From assembly GCA_964035545.1 (NCBI GenBank), contig OZ037765.1, positions 15,562,995 through 15,626,994 of the forward strand: 64,000 nucleotides of DNA, given 5' to 3'. Numbering within the stretch: the first letter of the stretch is position 1; every line of letters starts with the position of its first letter. Origin of the DNA: Bugula neritina. Lineage: Eukaryota; Animalia; Bryozoa. Positions 54,064 to 64,000 of this stretch are shown here, in pieces. The position numbers were made by a program, and so were the translations under genes. Under the pieces are notes generated by a model that did not search any database, had not been told where the DNA came from, and saw only the letters and a program-made list of their open reading frames with translations.

Positions 54064-57000
54064 CCAGTTTAACCCCCCAAGGCAGAGGCTACGGCCCCCA
54101 CCCCACCGGGTGAGGAGGCCGCCTTCGCCAGAGTGGCAAGCCCCAAGGAGAGTGAGTCGGCCGCAAGGCCCACCAATACCTCCGGCTTGGGCACTCAAAA
54201 ACCGCTTTGAAGGTTTGCTTGATGAGGGAGTGAACGATGAATGGGAGCACAACAGGGATTTTCCTCGGTTGCCCACACGAGCATCAGTCCGAGAATTCAC
54301 TCGGCCGCCCGTGTGTGAGCGAGACCGAGACGTACCCTGCCCGCCCATGCAACGTCGACGACCCCCTCGCAACCGAAAAGCACAGGTGCATCCCCAACTC
54401 CATGCACATGAGGTGTCGCCTCAAGAGACAAACCGCTCAGTGAGCGCTCAGCCATATGGAAGCAGCTATTTCCTTCCCGGCAAAATTGCTGGTAAAGCTG
54501 CCACATTTCTGTTGGATACTGGGTGCACCACAAATCTACTGAGTCGACGTCTCTTCGACACTCTCAGTGCCAGGGACAGGGCTAGTCTAGAACCATATGA
54601 AGGGGAGCACGGCACGTTGGCGGATGGGTCGTGTATTCCTTTCTATGGGGTAATCCAGTTGACTGGTAGAGTCCGTGATCAGATGATCAGTGAGACCTTC
54701 ATCGTCAGTCAACTCAAGGAGGATGCCATCTTGGGCATGCCATTTCTGAAACGACACAGGTGCTACATAGACTTTAGCAAGTCGGCAGTAGTGATGGCGG
54801 GGCGTGAGCTGGCCTGTGTGGACCGATTTGGCCAACCCTTGGTGGGGGGAGTGCAGGTGGTACGGCGCTGTACTGTACCTGGGCGCTCCCGGGCTACAGT
54901 TTGCTGCAGAGTGAACTGTAGGGAAATCTCCGAGCTCGGAGTGGTGGAAGGTGCACTGGGGGGCGTCCAGCTCGCTAACAGTCTGAATAGACTGGATGAG
55001 CGGGGGGAGTTCCTGGTCCAGTGCGTAAACCCTTTCACGGAGCCGGTAGAATTACCGGCTGGGTCTCTAGTAGGGAAGTTCCACTCCGTGCAGGAGGAGG
55101 ATGTAGGGCCCGCGCTGGAAACAGCGGACGACGCCCGGGGAGTACCCACTAGAGACGGCAGTGGGCCGGTGCCTGAACACGTAGCAGAGTTGTACGAGGA
55201 TGCCTGTGATGGCTGTGAGAGCAAGCGAGAACGCCTGGAGATGGCGCGGCTACTCTCTGAGTACAAGGACGTGTTTAGTTGCGGCGACCATGACATGGGT
55301 CTGACTGAGACTGTCTGTCATGAGATACCCCTGGCGGCGGGGACGGTGCCGATTCGGCAGCCGACCCGCCGGTTAGGTCCTGAGAAGGAGAGAGAAGTGA
55401 GCCGTCAGGTGCAAGACCTTCTGAACCGGGACCTGATTGAGCCAGGCCATGGGGCCTGGAGTTCTCCAATCGTCCTGGTTCAGAAAAAGGATGGTAGCTG
55501 GAGGTTTTGCGGTGACTATCGCAGGCTGAACAGCGTGACCATCCAGGACGCTTACCCTCTCCCGAGGATCGATGAGTCGCTCGATGCCTTAGCTGGTAGC
55601 AAGTTCTTCAGCACGTTGGACTTGCTAAGCGGGTATTGGCAGGTGCCCCTGAGTCCTGAAGCACAGGACAAGGCCGCGTTTATAACGCGGGATGGGCTCT
55701 GGAAATGGAAGGTGTTGCCATTCGGACTTACGTCCGCACCAGCCACCTTCCAGCGACTCATGGAGCAGGTCCTGAGAGGACTGCACTGGAAGACCTTGCT
55801 CATCTATCTCGATGATGTCATCATCATCTCCCCCGACTTCGACACACATGTCAGTCGACTCAGGGAGGTGTTCGACAGACTCCGAGCTGCTAGCCTGAAG
55901 CTAAAGCCCTCGCAGTGTGCATTACTGCAACGCGAGGTCAAGTACCTGGGCCATGTAGTTGGTCGAGACGGGGTCGCCACCGACCCCGAGAAGGTACGGG
56001 CTGTGAGGGACTGGGCCGTTCCTGTCGACCACTCTGAATTGCGGGCGTTCCTGGGGCTGGTAGGGTACTATCGTCAGTACATACCAGACTTCGCCGGAAT
56101 TGCACAGCCGTTAAATCGGCTGACCGCAAAGGGGGTGCGATGGCAGTGGACGCAGGCTGAGCAGAAGGCATTTGACCACCTGAAGGATCGCCTGGTGGAA
56201 GCACCCATCTTGGCGTATCCTGACCCTGCGAAGGAGTACATTTTGGATACTGATGCCAGTAACCATAATGTGGGGGCTGTGTTGTCGCAAGTCCAAGATG
56301 GTCGCGAGGTGGCGGTGGCTTACTATAGTAAAGCCCTGTCGGCGCCTGAGAAGAACTACTGTACAACCAGGAGGGAACTCTTGGCAGTAGTCAAGGCGGT
56401 CAAACACTTTAGACCATATCTATATGGGCGTACGTTCTGACTACGAACGGATCATGCGTCTTTGATATGGCTGTGTCGACGGGCGGAACCATCAAGCCAA
56501 GTAGCGCGCTGGCTGGAAATCCTGGCAAAGTTTTCTTATCGGATCGAACACCGACCCGGTAAGAAACACGGTAATGCCGACGGACTCAGCCGCCGCCAGG
56601 CAGATGGGTGTAAGCAATGCCAGAATATCGAGCGCAGGGATGGTGGACCCCCTCGCTCGGACGTCGAAGCGCAGTTGGGGAAAGCGGGTGTGTACAGCTG
56701 GGAAGAAGGGCAACTCCTGTCCGAATCGCCCAACAAAGCTGTTAACAACCTTCACGCAAACCCCACGTTGCTTCGGAACGTCAGGGAGCTATGTCGGCTC
56801 CAGTCTACGCTACCAGGAGTGGTAGCTGACCTAGTCCGGGCCAAGAAGGAGGGACGGCGGCTGAGTGAGGCCAAACAGCGAGTGAAGAGTACTGAGTTTA
56901 AGTACTTCTGTGACCGCTGGGACTCCCTCAGGTTCAACAGCGATGGGCTGCTAACGATCACGTTGGCAGCCGGCACCAATCGCAGTGAACGAGAGAGGGT

Positions 57001-58500
57001 AGTCTGCCCGTCAGCTCTGAGGCGGGAGTTGATCTGGGACACCCATAAGCAAGCTCACGCAGGAGCTAGCCAGGTGATCAGGTGTCTTCAACTCCAGTGG
57101 TTTTGGCCCGGTATGACCCGGGATGTCCGACTCCGGGTGCGGAAGTGCGAGGTGTGCCAAGCTAGCAAGCATGGCCGCCCCACTGAGACCGCAGGGAGGC
57201 GTCGCCTCCATGCCGGTCGTCCGTGGCAGGTGGTTGCTGTCGATCTGGTAGGCCCCATGCCCACAACAGCGAGAGGTAATAACTGGATACTGGTATTAAC
57301 TGACCATTTCACGCGGTGGGCTGATGCACTGGCTATTCCAGATGCGTCGGCCCCCTCGGTGGCCAGAGCCTTGGATCAGCAGGTGTTCTGCTATTTCGGC
57401 TTGCCGGAGCAGATACACTCTGACCAAGGCGCCCAGTTTCAGTCGCAACTTATGAGCGATCTCTGTAAAGTGTGGGGGGTAAACCAGAGTCGGACGACCC
57501 CGTATCACCCGCAAGGGAACGGGGTTGTGGAGCGGAACAACCGAATGCTAGGGGACTCTCTGAGAAGCCTGCTTATCGGTAGGAGCCAGGAAGAGTGGGA
57601 CTTGGTGTTGCCGCAGATCATGCGAGCGTACCGTAGTACCCCTTACTCCAGTACACTGGAGACCCCTAACTTTCTCATGCTGGGGAGAGAAACAAGGTTC
57701 CTGAGCACGTAACCTATCATGTTCCGACTCCCGAGAGCAATGTCCACGACTACGTGGACAAGCCCGTAAAATGCATGGGGACGGCTCACGAGGTGCTACG
57801 TGAGCAGCAGTGGCAGGTCAGGAGTGGTGACTCTGACGACCCACCTTTATACAAGGTGGGGGTCTGGGTCTGGATGACCAGTCATCGCCGCAGGCGCGGA
57901 CAGGCAGCCAAGTTGCAGCCGAAGTTCGTAGGTCCCTACTGCATAATTGAGGTAATGCCAAACCATACATACAAAGTGGAACGGTCTGGACAGGTGTCGG
58001 TCCAGAACGAAGCACGGCTAAAACCTCACTGGGCAAGTCCTGATGCGGCAGGTCAAGCACCTCCTCTCTTAGAGCCAGCTAGGCGCCCTCCTATGAGGGG
58101 GCGACCCATGGCGTATCGAGAGATTGAGGAGACACTGCCAGACCAGGACGGGGCGGCTGATGCGTCGGCCGACCAGCCCCAGCCTCCTCCACCCCAGGAA
58201 GAAGAGGTCGACACACCTGAAGACCTGTCAGAGCCGGCCCCACCACCAGTGGAGCCGGTCGACAGGCCCATCGTTCCGGATGAGATGGAAATTCCTCAAA
58301 ATCATGAGGGAGAGGCAGCTGGGGGAGGGCCACCCGTACTGGTGGACCCCCCCGTACTGGCGACACCACCCGTGGTGGAAGAGTCACCAGTCGCAGCAAA
58401 CTCCCCGGTACCGTTGGACCGTAGCCAACGTACCAGGGCGCCACCATCTTATTTAAAAGACTTCTTGTGTGACTTGGTCGACATGCACAGTATTCTGTAG
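54020..58500 (+). CDS. pol: Pol (PR-RT-RH-IN); in-frame TGA at 56438-56440 and a frameshift near 57690
   Basis: 'LLDTGCT', 'IYLDDVII', 'LDTDASN', 'TDHASL', 'H...H...CEVC', 'VAVDLVGP', 'HSDQG', 'YHPQGNGVVER', 'KFVGPY'. Confidence 0.93.
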
Positions 58501-58741
58501 CATGGCGACATTCACAAAGAAGTCTGGGGGAGCGAGGTAATTGATAACAGGCGACCCAGTGGCGGATTGAATAGGTCAGCCGGGGGTCAGCAGAGCGTAG
58601 CCAAATCAACAGCGTATAGGGTGTTACATAAGCACTCTAGCTGTGAGCGCTCTTTTCAATTACAGCTAGCAAACAGGCAGCACGTCTTTTGCAATAAACA
58701 ATTTGGCTATCTACGAGCCCTAAGAAAGCAGCAGCATCATT

Positions 58742-59940
58742 ATGTCTAATGCAGCAACTGTTTTGGGGGGTAAGTCTACTAGAAATTCTATAATAATTAA
58801 TTAGAATTCATTCTGGTAGCGACAGCAGTCTCACTTTTTGTCATAATGATAAAGTTGAAACTCCTGACAGCAAATGATATTGATAGTTAGAGTGGGACGG
58901 TCGACTCAGCTGATTACACGATCAGTGAGTGACAGACTGTGAGACTCGATTATTAATATCGTTTGGAACGGGAGTCCCACGCATAGAGTGTAATTCAAAT
59001 TTAAATACTCTATTGCAGGTGAGACTGAGCCTGTATCCGACGAGATACAGGCATTACTTGACACACCTACGACTAACTGGGACAGCATGTCAGAAGCAAG
59101 GGTAGACATGCTGTCCGACATACACTTATCAACATTTACGGACTCCCCGACAAACTCGCGATGCAAATAGATACAAATGACTTGACTGTTGACTTGACTG
59201 TAGCCAAGGACAATACTCTAGCACTACCACGGGCCTTACTGGGACGGACTAACTGGACGACTCGACGGACTCGAACACTGATAGAAGCACTAGTAGGGTC
59301 AGACGACAATAGACAATGTACTGAATGTAGAAGAATACTATCTACTACTAGGAGACTGAGAATACATGTCCCCCAACATTTTACTGTGACTTTCTGTCCC
59401 TGCGGAGTCCACCACTTCTGCAGGGACACTATACTACGACATCAACGGACTAGAGACTGCTACATTGGACACTTATATGAAGTCGACGCAGACTCCTACA
59501 CTGAGTTCAGGGACCTGATACTACCTCACGTGACCGGCCCAGACCGACGACAGACTCTCCTAGACCACTTCCCCGCTACCCGACCTACAGTAGAGAGTGA
59601 CTCTGATGCAGACCCCCAACCCTCCGAGACAACGACTACCTACTCTCCAGACGTAACCACCCAACCTCTACGCGTCGTAGCAACCCGTGCTGGACGCGCT
59701 GTAACGAAGGACTCACAACCCCCAACGACGACGATCTCCTATGTGCCCCGACACACCCATAAGAAGAAGAGGGGTGCTAGCAGCACACCCCGAGATGACA
59801 GCGACCCTGACCAGTCCCTACTAACCGACATTAGGAAAGTGCAACGGCGTATGGCCCGCCTCAGTAAGGAACAGAAGCGAGCGACCACCGAGCTGGCTAA
59901 GTTGCAGACCCGACTAGAGAAACGGCTGGCGAAGAAGTGA
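58742..59940 (+). CDS. Accessory ORF3: C2H2-like zinc-binding domain, basic patch and C-terminal coiled coil; predicted intron 58770-59018
   Basis: ORF 59161-59940 'CTECRRILSTTRRLRIHVPQHF...CPCGVHHFCRDTILRHQRTRDC', 'HKKKRG', 'IRKVQRRMARLSKEQKRATTELAKLQTRLEKRLAKK'; homologues in C, D and E; exon-2 frame needs a 1-nt correction near 59145. Confidence 0.75.
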
Positions 59941-61307
59941 TAGAAGTGCGGCCACCTACACATGTACCCCCCCTCCTGGCTAGTCAAGCATTGTAAATAG
60001 GTGTTATGGACTACGGCGTGAAGACTTGTTTATTATACTGATGTTATCTACTCTGTATATATATTTTCTCTTGTTCAAGTGTACCCTTAGTTTTGTAAAA
60101 CCCTATGTTACCTTCATCATTATTCGTGTGTTACTGTCATGTAAATATTAAGTCTAGAGAGTACTTTTCGATAGGCGAGGAGAGTGTGATAGATTTTAGT
60201 AATGCAATTCTTATTATATTAATCGAAAAGGTTTACTCTATATTGTTTATTATCTTGTGAGTTCGACACTGTCGGAGTGTAACTATGGACAGCAGTGGCA
60301 CCACTAGTAACCACCAATCACGACAGTCACACTAATTGATAGCAGGTGGAGCTAGCTACTCGTAGTTGCAGTGCGCTGAGTAGCTAGCCGGCAGAGCAGC
60401 TTGGGACTTCATTTAGAGTAGTCGTGTATTAAAGCTCACTAATTATGTAATCGTTTTCTATTCATGTTAGCAGTAAATAACCTTCTTGTATTTGTGTAAA
60501 TAATAAAGTATCTTATCGTAAACAACCTGGTGCAGTGGCTTTGATTAAGTAGACCCACACTTAATAATAGTGAACTGGCAAAATTCACTACACGACTACA
60601 TCGACTCCCAGCCGACGTACATCTTATGGTCGACAGTGGCAACACTAATACTAGCCAATCAGGAAGGACTGTTAATTGATAGCAGGTGGAGCTAGCTACG
60701 CGTAGTGGAAGCACGCTAAGTAGCTAGCCGGGCAGAGCAGCTTGGGACTTGGCATAGAGTAGTTGTGTACAAAGTGCTCAGTATTATGTAATTGTGCAAT
60801 TAATTTAAGAGTAGTTCATTTATTGTATCTTTGTAAATAATAAACTCTATATAACGTGATCAACCTGGTGCAGTAGCTTTGTATAAGTAGACCCACATAA
60901 TATAGTGAATTGGGAAATTCACTACACCTGGTACACTTTGCTGATTAGATGAGTTTTACATGGTCTAGTGTGGTGGCTCGTGGAGCTACCAGCAACACAA
61001 TACGCAAGGTTGCGTATTGACCCGGAACAATGTATTAGCCAATTAGCTAGGCTGTTTTATAAGTAATAGTAGCCGCTTCACGCTACTAGCTCAGTTGAGG
61101 ATAGTGCTGTAAATTAAATAGACGTGCGTATCATTACTGTTGTACATTAGATTTTATTATGTATTCTTGTATTAAAATATAACGATATCTACTCGACTTA
61201 ACCCGGTGAGGTTTCTCTAGTGATAAACAGACTCTCTTGGTGACACATCAACCCTAAATCTGAAAACTATAACAGTGGTGGCAGCAGTGGGATTGTGTAT
61301 ATCAAAG

Positions 61308-62174
61308 ATGGAGACTGAAAATACTAGAATGCAACCACCCCCAGTAGAAGGTGAGCGTAGAAATGCTGTTAATCCTGTGAATCGTGAGGGAGAAGAAGCT
61401 TATAGACATTGCTTGAAAGCTCCCACCTTTACTGGGTCGGAAGATGTCGAACAATTTATACAAGAATTTAGAGAGGTAATTGAGGTTGCTCAATGGCCGC
61501 ATAGAGTGGCCCTTATTCAATTGCGGAGAGCGGTGACGGAGCAAGCCAAGCCGTACGGAGTGGGAACGGACGTAGACGAAATACTGGCTGCGCTGCGGGC
61601 CCGTTTTGGCATCTCCGTAATAGACGCTAGGACCAAGTTAGAGAGACTGTGCCGCACCCCGCGGACCTCGCTGCAAGAACATGCCGCGACGGTGAAGAAG
61701 CTGGCGCAGATTGCATATAGCGATCTGCCAGCACAACACCAAGAGCGTTACACCTATGACGCCTTTGTCCAGTCACTAAACGACCTGGGCCTGGACCATC
61801 ACCTACGAGCTAAAGGGATAACCAGAATAGAGGATGCCCTGAAGGCTGGAGAAGCTTACCTGTTGGCTACCCAAATGCATCGAGCACAAAGGAACCCACC
61901 AGTAGTTGGAGTCAGCGCTGCCAGGGCTACGACAGGTCCCGAAGCCCTCCCGCTGGAAGCCGAAGTGGACCGTATGGTAGAGATGCTGGGACAACTGGTA
62001 ACCATTCTGGCTGGTGCTGGCCCCGGTCAGGCCCTGCGGGTGCCCCCAACGCCTGTGGGGCAGGGCTGGAGTAGCGCTGATCAGGACCAGGGACAGAAAA
62101 GACGACCCCAATACCAGGGGGCGTTAAACTGTCACGGCCCGCGGACACTCTCCCTCCCCGCGGGCCGCAACTGA
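61308..62174 (+). CDS. gag: Gag of Gypsy G (no CCHC knuckle seen)
   Basis: 'KAPTFTGSEDVEQFIQEF', 'LRARFG'. Confidence 0.9.
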   Translation: METENTRMQPPPVEGERRNAVNPVNREGEEAYRHCLKAPTFTGSEDVEQFIQEFREVIEVAQWPHRVALIQLRRAVTEQAKPYGVGTDVDEILAALRARFGISVIDARTKLERLCRTPRTSLQEHAATVKKLAQIAYSDLPAQHQERYTYDAFVQSLNDLGLDHHLRAKGITRIEDALKAGEAYLLATQMHRAQRNPPVVGVSAARATTGPEALPLEAEVDRMVEMLGQLVTILAGAGPGQALRVPPTPVGQGWSSADQDQGQKRRPQYQGALNCHGPRTLSLPAGRN

Positions 62175-64000
62175 AGGAGTATGGTGGAACACGCCGTCGT
62201 CTGTCCGTACGGACACAACGGAACACTCCACCCAAGTGGCAGGTACCACGCAGGACTAGTAGGCCCGCACAACGGCCAAGTACCTTCTCCCTGCCACTCG
62301 CTAACCGGTTTCACCGGTTACCTCGGGAAGAGGAGCCCGCCACTGAAATGGAGCCGGAAGGCCCAGTGGAGAGGCCCGAACCCCGCCGGCACCAACCTCG
62401 CCGCCGGAAGCCCCGTAAACCACGGGTGAAACCCCCGCCGTCCTGCCAAACCAGGACAGCACATGCGGGGGGGGGGTGAAAGTACAACCACATGGAGAGA
62501 GCTATTTCCTACCCGGAAAGGTGGCCGGCAACGCCGTCACTTTCCTGCTCGACTCCGGTTGTACTACCAACCTTCTCAGTCGTAGAGTCTTTGAGGCACT
62601 GCCCCGCCGGGACAGGGATAGAGTACGACCATATACGGGGGAACATGGCACCCTGGCAGACGGGTCATGTATTCCCTTTTATGGTATTATCGAGCTCCCT
62701 GGGCGTGTCCGAGATCAGGCTGTACAGGAGACCTTTATCATAGGTCAACTGGAGGAAGATGCTATCCTCGGAATGCCCTTCTTGAAGCAACACCAGTGCC
62801 GAATAGACTTTAGTAAGTCGGTGGTGCTGATGGGCGGGCGAGAACTCGCCTGTGTGGATAAGTTTGGGCGTCCTCTGGTGGGCGGTGTTCAGGTAGTTCG
62901 AAACTGCACCGTACCCGGACGCTCCAGAGCTACTATCCACTGCCGAGTGAACAGCAACCGGATAGCCAGGCTCGGGGTCGTTGAAGGCGCGCACGAAAGG
63001 ATCCAACTCGCCAGTAGTTTAAACCGACTAACTGAGCGAGGGGAGGTCTTAGTGCAGTGTGTCAACCCCTTTACCGAGCCCATTGAGCTCCCAGCTGGGT
63101 CAATGCTGGGCCGGTTCCACTCCGTCCAGGAGGAGGACGTGGGCCCGTCGCTGGGTGACGCGACGGAGGCACCCCCTCGACACCCTATTCAGGGACGAGG
63201 GGCAGTCCCAACACATCTCCGGGAGTTATACGAAACAGCCAGTGGCGGCTGCGCGAGTAACCGAGAACGCCAAGCTATGGCTAAGTTACTACGCGACTAC
63301 GGTGATGTGTTCAGCAGCGGAGAGCATGACGTGAGACTGACTGGAATTGTCAGACACGAAATACCGCTGACTGCAGGGACAGTCCCTGTCCGGCAGCCCA
63401 CGCGCAGGCTGGGGCCGGAGAAAGAGAAGGAGGTTAGCCGACAAGTACGGGATCTTCTGGACCGGGGACTGATAGAGCCCGCCCATAGTGCGTGGAGCTC
63501 GCCAGTCGTACTGGTCCGGAAGAAAGACGGCAGTTGGCGGTTCTGTGTGGACTACCGCAAACTCAATAGCGTAACCATACAGGACGCCTACCCTCTACCT
63601 CGTATTGACGAGTCATTGGACGCCCTAGCCGGCAGCAAGTACTTCAGTACGTTAGACTTGCTAAGCGGCTATTGGCAGGTTCCTCTGAGTCCCGACGCCC
63701 AAGAGAAAGCGGCGTTTATCACACGGGACGGTTTGTGGAAGTGGAAGGTGCTGCCCTTCGGGTTAACCTCCGCCCCAGCCACCTTCCAGAGGCTGATGGA
63801 ACAAGTCCTTAGCGGACTCCATTGGAAGACACTGCTGGTCTACCTCGATGATGTCATCGTAATCTCTCCAGACTTCGAGACACATGTCAGTCGTCTGCAG
63901 GAGGTTTTCGAGAGACTCCGAGGTGCCGGTCTTAAGCTCAAACCTTCCAAGTGCGCTCTGTTGCAGCCGGAGGTCAAGTACCTGGGGCACGTTGTCGGTC
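62123..64000 (+). CDS. pol: Pol of Gypsy G (PR, RT), partial; frame change at the G10 run 62467-62476
   Basis: 'FLLDSGCTTN', 'LVRKKDGSWRFCVDYRKLN', 'YLDD' at 63841. Confidence 0.9.

Larger units (their letters stand above)
52712..60592 (+). mobile_element. Ty3/Gypsy element F, full length (7.9 kb) and young
   Basis: 408-bp LTRs 52712-53119 and 60185-60592 (about 2 mismatches seen); TSD CGAC; PBS at 53121; PPT ATAGGCGAGGAGAG. Confidence 0.97.
46424..60926 (+). mobile_element. Ty3/Gypsy element E (deleted; 3' LTR split by element F)
   Basis: TSD CCTG at 46420-46423 and 60927-60930; 5' LTR remnant 46424-~46531 fused to the gag end; 3' LTR = 52628-52711 + 60597-60926; RT core deleted at about 48090; ~130-bp tandem duplication near 46855-47110. 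Confidence 0.92.
60969..64000 (+). mobile_element. Ty3/Gypsy element G (5' part; runs off the right edge)
   Basis: LTR 60969-61274 (TG...CA); PBS TGGTGGCAGCAGTGGGATT at 61276; gag and pol follow. Confidence 0.93.

Noticed and set aside
54052-58609. Numerous antisense and alternative-frame ORFs over Gypsy pol
   Set aside because: Expected shadow ORFs of GC-rich coding sequence; no independent motifs
59161-59940. env gene
   Set aside because: No signal peptide, furin site or transmembrane helix visible

Overview
AT-rich animal (probably invertebrate) genomic DNA that is almost entirely nested transposable elements; I see no host protein-coding gene. 1-16.6 kb: two BEL/Pao LTR retrotransposons (one complete with a 5-bp TSD but lacking RT) and 10-/15-bp satellites. 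17-19.7 kb: a Gypsy pol remnant followed by (TA)n tracts with Penelope-type pseudo-LTR pieces carrying minimal hammerhead ribozymes, two of them as near-perfect palindromes. 19.7-64 kb: one small long-TIR DNA element inflated by nested insertions: a CACTA-like element, five tRNA-Leu-type Ty3/Gypsy elements, a Mag-like Gypsy element, a Penelope-like RT/GIY-YIG element, a CACTA-like MITE, a 2.9-kb foldback element and solo LTRs. Most nesting boundaries are fixed by TSDs. Best candidate for an undescribed system: the Gypsy lineage carries a conserved extra gene between pol and the 3' LTR, with a short first exon, a phase-1 intron, a C2H2-like zinc-binding domain and a basic/coiled-coil tail, and it is not env-like. 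The same lineage has a covarying G_UUA_AAC plus hairpin -1 frameshift signal, and two copies share an in-frame UGA-CUA inside RNase H. Coordinates were read by eye and may be off by a few bases.
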